Source: Carcharhinus longimanus (Eukaryota). From it: a stretch of 64,000 nt of DNA. A program made the translations under genes and the position numbers. Under the pieces are notes generated by a model. It had not been told where the DNA came from and did no database searches. It saw only the letters and a list, made by a program, of their open reading frames with translations. This document shows positions 54,952 to 64,000 of the stretch, in pieces. Every line of letters begins with the position of its first letter. Position 1 is the stretch's first letter. The DNA is taken from contig JASCQW010000032.1 of the NCBI GenBank assembly GCA_030264375.1, forward strand, positions 40,391,032 to 40,455,031, given 5' to 3'.

Positions 54952-55312
54952 TTAAGAAAAAGTTAAAAGGTGCATTACCACACGCATCAATGCAATGGAA
55001 ATTATGAAGTTATACAATTTCAGACAAATACATCCATGCTTAATTCTTGAATAAAACCTTCAATTATTTGGATAGATGTGTTAAAATAATTTACAAATGT
55101 TCACATTCAGGAGGTATGATGTAAAGCATGGTGTAACCTCTGGCGTAATGGCTGTTATAATTAATATCAACAGTCTGATAATCCGATATGAGTCAAATTG
55201 TCATATTTTGACATGTATCCTCAAATATTTAGCTCATGCTTGCTATTTTATTTCTCAACCTGAAAATCAATTCGATCAAATTTAAAACGCGCCAAAAAGC
55301 CAAATATCGTAC

Positions 55313-55820
55313 CTTGGTTAAGGTGCATCTTTTTCATCCATGGGTATATCTGCATCTGTAGGGCTGGATCCTTGTCCAGTTGCTCACTTTCCGGTTTGGG
55401 GCTGTCCGTCCCCTTAGGGTGTCCATCGTTAACCGGCGAAGTGTCCTGGTCACCGCTGTATGAGTGATTGGACTCTGTGACAGTGGCCCCCGTCTTAATA
55501 GCACTGCCTGATGGGCTTATTAAAGATGCCGAGCAGAAGGCAGGATCAGGAGACTTCATTTTCATCCCAGATGAGCTATGAAAGGTGTTATTGGCTGTTT
55601 GCAGGTAGTTGGCAGACCTTTCACTGTCTCCACAAAGATTTGAGTTAGAGCGAGTCATGCTGAGGTCTATCCCGGTGTAATCATAGCCATACCTGGCAGA
55701 CAGCATCGTCGACTCCCTAAAATGCTCGCCCACAGAAGCTGCATTTCCATAACTCTGCAATTGATAATCGTGGCCATTTTGGTAGCGACCTGAGAAGGAG
55801 TTTAAAAAGTAGGAACTCAT
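55313..55820 (-). CDS. HOXD5: Homeobox protein Hox-D5, exon 1
   Basis: [47 protein letters not shown] (Hox5 N-terminus and hexapeptide); donor AAG|GTACGA, phase 1. Confidence 0.93.
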
Positions 55821-55965
55821 CTGCCTTTTAGGGGTTTGATTTGTGGTTCTTAGACGTTTATTCGCCACTAGACCGCGCGATATATAATGAAATATGGAAA
55901 TAAAAGGCACATGTCATTTCTCTGCCTTCTACGTATACAACCAAATATGGGACACAAGTTTGGAT

Positions 55966-55992
55966 CACGTGTTTTTGTTGACCAGTCGTAAA
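55966..55992 (-). promoter_or_regulatory. HoxD5 proximal E-box + CCAGT/Hox-site module
   Basis: Plus strand CACGTG-N10-CCAGTCGTAAA (TTTACGA on the minus strand). Confidence 0.55.
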
Positions 55993-56063
55993 TTCTTATG
56001 CCTGACCCTGGGGGTAATTCATGCAGTGAGAATACTTGCTGTGATTTGGCGAGCATGGTCCTA

Positions 56064-56082
56064 TAGCGCCTCCTGCTGGCGA
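56064..56082 (-). promoter_or_regulatory. CTCF binding site upstream of HoxD5
   Basis: Minus strand TCGCCAGCAGGAGGCGCTA, a near-consensus CTCF core ~245 bp upstream of the HoxD5 ATG. Confidence 0.75.
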
Positions 56083-57125
56083 ACATGAAGAAAGCCATGT
56101 TCACGTCAATAAAGCAAATCCAAAAGCGGCTTTAACGTTCACACGGCTTGTTAAATATTTTTCGAAACGGGTTAATTTCTAAATGGGATCACAGTTTAAG
56201 CTATGATAATTTCTAGGTTTCGATGCTGCTTTCTGTTATCTAAAATTATGAATTATGCAGCTGGCGACACGTATAGGAACTCAATCGCAAAATGTTTCTT
56301 TCTGTAAGTACATACATTCCGTTTCGTAATATCATTAAAGTGTATATTTTGTACAATACACGTGCAAATTAACTAGCCGAATTGGCATTTGTTGAAGAAA
56401 AGTACGAGCACTTAAAAACTTCAAAAGTTTCTCCAATGCTTTTATTATGAAAACTTCTAGCACAATAATTCAACTTATTTTGTGACACGGTTAACCCCTC
56501 TTTTTAAAATTCAGTTGAGTAAAAACACCGTTCCTTCGGATTAACTGCGTATTTGACCCCTTAGTTCGATGCTGCCTGTAAATAAATACTTTGATTCTCG
56601 GCGGACTGCCTCGTTGGAAATAGATAGTGCATACTCGGAGTAATTACCTCAAATAGCAGATATCCCATTTTGACTTTTAATCAAAGATTTGGGATTTTCA
56701 GATTCCCTTTTGTGTGCGAAATGAGGCCGTGGAGACTACTTTCTTACAAAGAGAACTAATCAGACATACGACTCATAAGGCAGCTTCTCCACATTCTTCG
56801 GGTCGCTAGGGCTCAGAATGATTGGAATGGATTGTATTCGTAGAAANNNNNNNNNNNNNNNNNNNNNNNNNNNNNNNNNNNNNNNNNNNNNNNNNNNNNN
56901 NNNNNNNNNNNNNNNNNNNNNNNNNNNNNNNNNNNNNNNNNNNNNNGTAGAAAACTGCGTTGAAATTATTTATACATTCACTTTCTATCTTCACAGATGG
57001 TACATTAAAATCAGCTTTAGGATATTCCCCATTAACTTTCAGGCGCACGTATGTGCTCCTTCTTTGGCGGAACCCTGTCCAATAAATTCGGAATTCCGCA
57101 TAAATATGTGCTGTCTGTTTTCAAG

Positions 57126-57197
57126 GTTTATTTATTAATGTCACGAGTAGGCTTACATTAACACTACAATGAAGTTACTGTGAAAATTCCCTCATCG
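57126..57197 (-). mobile_element. Short shark SINE/LINE 3' tail fragment
   Basis: TTTATTAATGTCACGAGTAGGCTTACATTAACACTACAATGAAGTTACTGTGAAAATTCCCT resembles the reverse complement of a common shark retroposon tail (recalled). Confidence 0.6.
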
Positions 57198-59234
57198 GTA
57201 ACTTATATTTGAAAAAAATTACAAAGTAACTTTGTATTTTACTCTGTGGCTGGTTGGGTCGACGTTGCCACCAGTCCTGACAGACATACCGAGAAGCTAA
57301 GCGGGGTGTCTGACTTCTACTCTATTTTTATTTTCACCTCGCAATGAATCGTGATTTTAATACAGTTTCCTTCTGTACAATCAATATTTTGCACTGTGTT
57401 GGAGTCGTGGCAATTGTATCAACCTCTGGCGCCTGATGTACATTCAATGTATATGCTGAGTTCATTAAAAATATTTCTTTAGAAAGATAGCCTTCGGCAA
57501 ATATTTGCGCATTCGGGAAAGGAATGCTACATTTGCAGTTTTGATCTCTACAGTGGTAGTTACATTTTAAACACATCGAGCCAGCTTGAGCCGGCCAGAA
57601 ATGCAAGAAATTCACAGAGCAGTAAATGGATTTTTTGAAATTAAGATTTGTCTCCCCCCTCCCCCGTTTGATTAATAGGCGGCGTATGAATGCTAGACTG
57701 CGATCCAGAAAGGCATCGTTAACGAGGGATAGTGATGTCAAATATCGACTGTATTAATATGGACTGAAGACCTTGCCAAAAGTTCGTCGAGGATCGCAGT
57801 AATATTTAAACAGGTGGATTGCATCTAAATATTTACATTTGTTTGTCTGTTGATTTTCATTGATGTTAAAAGAATGTTCCTTTCATCACTTTAATAAGGG
57901 TATCACTCTATACAATAGGAACCCCGGGTTACGTGGCCACACCATGCTACGCACGAATATTTCTCATACAAAACAATATTTAATTATTACACTCTGGCAA
58001 TGTTTTCTTTTACATATTTTCCTGCCGTGGAGTGCTAGGGGAATTTTTGGTGCTGGTCTTCCCGACCTCTGTCACCAGAGGTTTTAAGAATAGGAGGATA
58101 AACTGTTACAAAATAATTCAAGTCTGAGCCGATTCCAAATAAAATCGGTTGCAGTCAAGATCTGTATAATCAGGGCCCACGTTAGGAGCACACGAGGTAT
58201 AACTACTGCCTGGAACTGTATGAACCCGGAGTAACTGGGACAGCTTCAGCCTTACAGTTTCAGTGTAGGCCTCGACTGAAAGATTTCCGATTCTAGATCC
58301 ATAATGTGTTCCAACTTACAGCTGCGCTGAGTTCATCTTAAGTACAAGAAAATGTAATATTTTAACAAGCACATTTGAGATAAAATGCCATCCTATAGGT
58401 CTGGTTTTATTTTTGCTTTGTGTGGTGCGGTTTGTGTGGCCTCTCTTATAATTTTGATCTCAGAACTTGGTTTCTATACTGTCCAAGTGACTCTGTCCGA
58501 TGCTCGTAAATCTAACATGACAGTCGGTGGAAGAAATATTGTCTTTGTCCTGTATTAACAAATCAGGCCGCTCTTACTGAACGTTCGATCGAATACTGTA
58601 GTTTCTAGAGCTGACTTTGGCGATTTAAAAATATAAGCATTTTTCCGGGCCACTGCGCATTTATACCCTTGAAATTTTTGCGATAGGATGGCTAGGATTT
58701 AAATATTTTACTCTTATTCGGGGACAGATCGTGGATCATATTCGCACTGTGAAATGAAGAAATCGGTGCGTGCATCACATACCAATCATTTTTCTGTGTG
58801 TTTTCACTTTACAGCGCGTTCTGCCTTGTAATAAATACTTGAGAAGACTATGGTCTGGAATTTCGTTTGTTTGATAACCCTGCGAAGAGCGAACTGTTTC
58901 TGGGATTCCAACGGATTATTCCCGTTAAAATCTAGATTAAATCTTTGGTGGAGTTTTTGAATGAGGATTTGTTTATATTTATAAACTGATGTTATAAAGA
59001 TTAGCAAAAAGTGCATTTCTTAAGCACTGAACGTTGGTGGTGTTCTGTTACATTCTGTAATGTATGTTCAGTTGAAAAGTTGTTTTCATTAAATAAATAA
59101 TATTATATTTTCATATTATTCTATTGAAATTGGAAATTATATTTGAGCATTATCGGTGTAGAAGATACACTGTGAGCAAAATCGTCCAGGTTACATGTTC
59201 TAAATAGACCGCTAGATACTGACTGTAAATCAAT

Positions 59235-60136
59235 TTATTCACAAACATATAGGCACACATACATATATACACACGTGCATATTTACACATACAGATGCAT
59301 ATACACATAAGGACACATATATACATACAGAGAAACGCACGTGCATACTTGCACATATAGGCGCACATACACACATAATTTCACATACAGACACACATAC
59401 TCATACAGACACTCACGTATATATTTACACATATAGGTATACATACACATACATACAGATACATACACACAATTTCACATACAGGCACACATACTGATAC
59501 AGATAAACACGCATATATTTACACATATAGGCACACATACACATACGTACAGACTCATACATACAATTTCACATTCAGGCACACATACATAGACACACAC
59601 ACATACACACATACTTACATATACAGGCACATCTACAGGCACACATACACATACCGACAGACATAGACAGCCACATAAGCACGCTCACAGCAGACACATA
59701 TATGCAACAGACACATATATAAACACACACATAAGCATACATTCACACACATGCAGACATCCTGACATATATATACATACAGGCAAACATGTAAGCAGAT
59801 ATATACACACATATACATGCAGCCAAACATGCATATAAATACACACATAGAGACACAAATATACATACAGATAAACACTAATGCACACATGCATAACACA
59901 CACATATATATACGGGCACACATGCATACAGACACACATACAACACACATGCTTATACAAAAACACACACACAAGAACATACATACATGCAATCAAACAT
60001 ACACACACATAAATGCACAAATATGCAAACACACATAAACATACACGTATACAGCCACGCATAGACATACACACATAAACATACAGAAACACAAACATAT
60101 ACATGTACACAGACATGAACGTACACATATACACAT
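59235..60136. repeat. ~900-bp degenerate (CA)n/(CATA)n microsatellite-like tract
   Basis: Continuous CACATATAGGCACACATACATAT..-type low-complexity sequence with recurring sub-units. Confidence 0.9.
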
Positions 60137-62599
60137 AGTGGTGTTCTTGCTGAATATTTTAGCACCTTTAGCAAAATTATTGGCTACGTGATATTGAAGA
60201 GCATGTATTAAATAATTAGATCTTAGAAGTTGTAACTGTCACTTAAGTGGTAAACACGCCCATCTAATTTATTTATAACAATGTTTTCTGTTCATTTTTT
60301 GTATGATTATATTAAATGATGTATTGTCAAGAAAAAAAATGAAAATCACAAATCGGTCTTTGCAAGTATTTTGAAAATTTCAGAATATAGGAATCGCATT
60401 AGCCCAGGTATGCAGTTTGAGTTTATTGAAAATTAAACCTAATCAGATAGTCATTTTGATTAGTAAATCCTGCAGAAGAACCGTTGTCTTCGCCATGAAC
60501 ACACAGAAATGAACATGGGCAATGCTTTGAGAATTATACGAAAACATACTATAAACACAATCGCTATCAATTGTTGCGTGAGAATTGGGGTAAAAGTTAA
60601 ACTGTTTTCTCAGTAGGACAACCGACACCAGCTTTCCCAACCTAATATACTTCGGGTATGAATACATTTCTGTTTGTAGATCTGGTCTAAAAAGTACACA
60701 AGTAATATCGGAACAGTTACAATGTTATAAATAATAACATGATAGAATTGCAAATGTTACGATATCTCTATACATTGATTTAATTCTCGTAACACTTTAC
60801 AATCTAATTTTAAGCAGTCCCTGTGTCGCTTCGACAAAATGCCAGTTAGTCTATGCGATGACTGCAAGCAAATACAGATCAGCCATTTTAAAACATTTCT
60901 TTCATTTGCAAATGAATTTCAGATGCTAAAAATGAATCAACATCATCATAACCATATGCCTCACAGATGATCAAACGAATGCACTGCCATTTTTACTTAT
61001 TACCAATAAAAAAATCTAGATACTGGAAGATCGAATTCACAGTCATGTGACAGATACGACAATTTCAAATGGATGCAATTCCAAGCTCCCTTATCTCACT
61101 CTGATGCTGAGTTACAAAAATCCTAAACAACTCACTTGGAATATTTCATCACCGGAAATGCATACAAACAAATATCCTGAAAAAATATGATAACAATAAA
61201 CAATTATTGATGAATTAATTTCTTGCTAACAAGTGATCATTCCTGCAGCAATTTGTGACAGCTAAATAGGAACAAGGAGAGCCGGTGTTTTTCCAGTGAC
61301 CGTTATGCTTTGCATCGTGAGAGCACTTACGACGTAATTGTTTCTACAGAATTAAAAACACTCCAAGTTTGCAGAGCTTAGTATTTATATATAGATATAT
61401 AATATGTAATCCAATTTGGGCACAACTTACTGCAGTAAATAAATCATCAGATGGGTGGGCTGATATTATTTGAAACTTTTGCATTAAAAGGAAGTTAAAA
61501 TAGCAACTGAATCATGACTAGTACATTGAAACCACAGTGTGATATTGACTGCAGGGTCATTATTGTAAGAGTACCACTCATTTGTGCAAAGTTCTGTCAC
61601 GTGGTGGTCATCATTACAATGTTGGCCAAACATTACTCCTAAATTCGGATCGTTTCTGTGATTACTGTACGGGATTATTCGGATCATTAACACAAGGTGC
61701 ATCATTCATCCCTACAATCAATCCTCAGCGTAAAAGAGCCCAACTAGTGCCCTAGTCCGTAAGATACTAAATGCGGAAAAACACACATTGGCAAAAGAGG
61801 AACCCAGACGCCAATCGCCAGCAATTGATCGGATATCGCTCCCGCAAAATAGCAACAACAATTCCTATGTAATAACAATAATCATTATCCCATGAGTATA
61901 CTATGCAATCTGATTAATCTCCGCCCTGGATCATATGAGCAAATGTCAGCTGCTTTGTGGCGAAGCTTTCATATCAAAGGTAGACGCGAATCGCAATTCC
62001 CCGTCCTAGCGCGGAATATAAATATTTAATTCACCTGCGTTACAGCCAGCCTTTGAATTGAAATGACCTCCCGGACCCGGTTCCAATATAACGTTTACAA
62101 ATCTGTCTTGTTCATACATGTCGAACGCTCTTCGACCTCCCAAACGGTTGCCTGCAACTCGACCAACGAAACAAACGCCCTTCCCTCCTCTGTACAGCAG
62201 TGTTATCTGCAATAGCAGAGCGTAAGCAAAACACAGCACTTACCCGGCTCAGGGCGCTTCCCCAGAATAGTAACCAGCTGAATGTTGTATTCCATTTCTA
62301 CTTTTTCGATCAATAAAGGGACTTAAAATAAAGGAGTGAAGCGAAAACTGAAGGGTAAATGAAAGACTGTAAACAGACGTCAGAGGTCTGTGAGAGTGAT
62401 CAGGTTGCTAAATCCCAGCATGGGCCGAATGACTTCCTCATAGTTTTACAGGAAAAGGCTGAAATGTGCGAATACAGCGGAAAGTGTCCTTTTTTGCTAG
62501 CAGCTAGCGTCAAATACCAACGACAAAAGCAGGCAAGGGGAGATACTGACAGAAAAGACGATTTGAGACGAGTTAGCTGCGGAATGCAGTGAAATATTC

Positions 62600-62790
62600 A
62601 CAAGGGAAATCATGAAAAGGCCATGAACGCTGTTACTAGATTCACATGACCAGTGGCAGCCAATAGAAAAAGAGTCTCCGTCGTAAAAGGTCCATTACAA
62701 AGTTGTAAATTTTCTTCAAACAAAAAGGAATTCGCAGCAATTCCTTGCGGATTTCACAAGTACAGCTCGCAAGCGCCATGTTTCCTTTAA
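62600..62790 (-). promoter_or_regulatory. Conserved Hox non-coding element / orphan promoter in the HoxD8-HoxD5 interval
   Basis: Minus strand GGAAACATGGCG..GAAAATTTACAACTTTGTAATGGACCTTTTACGAC..CTATTGGCTGCCACTGGTCATGTG: YY1-like, Hox/Cdx-type, CCAAT and E-box motifs clustered, with no adjacent coding exon. Confidence 0.6.
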
Positions 62791-64000
62791 CGAGTTCTTT
62801 GCTGCAGCTATTTGTTATCGTGTGTATTGTAACGAACGCCTTAACTAACTATAAACACGGAAATGCCGCGACAACATAAGGAGAAACCTCTCCCAATGCA
62901 GTAGTTATTCCGCAGTCCAGCAATCAAATCACTGCCATCTGTGTGTGCATCTAGACGTTTGTTAGTTCATGGTTCGAATAAGTCAAAGGAGAGACATTCG
63001 AATTTTGGGGGGAAAAAGGCAAGGTCAACAAATGATTAAATGTGGGCTGATCACAATCTCCAATGCCGCCAGTTATGCAGCAGAAATCCACTTATTTTTC
63101 TTATTGCCCTGATTTTCACAGCCCATTCGATATGGCCAAGTGAAGAGTAGGAAATAAACCAAGCAGAAGCGTGTTTGTCTATTAAGTATAGCAAAACTAC
63201 GGCGACTTCCTTCCTTCAAATGGCGATCAATAATAAAAGCATTTACTAATTTATTCTAAATGTTATATGGTATATCCTGCACAGGTGAGAGATAGAAGAT
63301 TAAATATCGGTGTGTATATATAGGCAACTAATTATATGTTGCACTTCCATTCCAATCACAGGGAGCATTGTATTATATTCTTTGTGTATCCATTGTGAGT
63401 AGAAAGTGGATCTATATCAAATACAAGAACACATGCCACTGGTCACCAAGGCTTGCCTTAACCGGATAAAATAACTCCGGCGCTGGGTTTACACATCTAA
63501 ACCATTTAAATCAGTCGGCTTTGTAATTTCTCCCTTTAGTGGCGATGAGCGGACTTGGCACCTACTGCTCCGCCGTGTCCAATTCACGGCGACCCCATTC
63601 ATTGAGAGACGGAAAAAAATGATGGTTAAAATGTATATTTTCCCCATAACCATATGCTTTTCGCTGGTTTAACTCGAGTGAAAGGTTATCTATCACTCGG
63701 TTACCTCTGGTTTGATGCTTTGATCTGATCTTACGAGGGATAAAAATCAAAAACAGCGTAACCAGATACGTGCCGGTAACTCATTTTTAATTTATGATAG
63801 GAATAAAACTAGTACAGGAGCAGCCTCCAATTGAAGGCATTCTGAATAGAACGTTCGGCCGTGGAAGTTACTCTCAGTGTGAAAGGGGAAAGACTCGGTC
63901 TGGGGTGGATGCTGTTGGAGAGTCAGTGGTGGAAGAATNNNNNNNNNNNNTAAAAAAAACCCAAATGAAGGTTCTTGAAGAACCACATTGAACATTTTGC

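Noticed and set aside
55864-55880. CTCF-like CCACTAGACCGCGC in the HoxD5 5' UTR
   Set aside because: Mismatches at the central GG positions of the core.
57330-59020. Possible HoxD6/HoxD7 pseudogene
   Set aside because: No YPWM, ELEKEF or WFQNRR remnants recognisable by eye.
59150-60174. Cys/Val/Met/Tyr- and His/Thr-rich ORFs
   Set aside because: They are translations of the CA/TA microsatellite tract; the same applies to 40613-40851.

Overview
This is vertebrate genomic DNA containing the anterior half of a HoxD cluster, transcribed on the minus strand. From left to right: a repeat-containing, CpG-poor flank (~1-5 kb), then HoxD1, HoxD2, HoxD3, HoxD4, miR-10b and HoxD5, then ~8 kb of non-coding DNA toward where HoxD8 would be expected. 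All five Hox genes reconstruct as intact two-exon genes with phase-1 GT-AG introns (306, 364, 410, 240 and 252 aa). Intact HoxD2 and HoxD5 plus shark-type SINE/LINE fragments point to a cartilaginous fish, most likely a shark (inference). I found no wholly new biological system. The best signals are regulatory: four DR5 retinoic-acid elements (one a Hoxa1-type element 3' of HoxD1), a recurring E-box/CCAAT promoter module (two copies with no adjacent coding exon but a downstream splice donor), a CTCF site at the Hox5|6 position, Krox20- and MafB-like sites near HoxD2/HoxD3, a uORF overlapping the HoxD4 start, and an abrupt CpG boundary near 2.5 kb. Family assignments rest on recalled sequences, not on searches.
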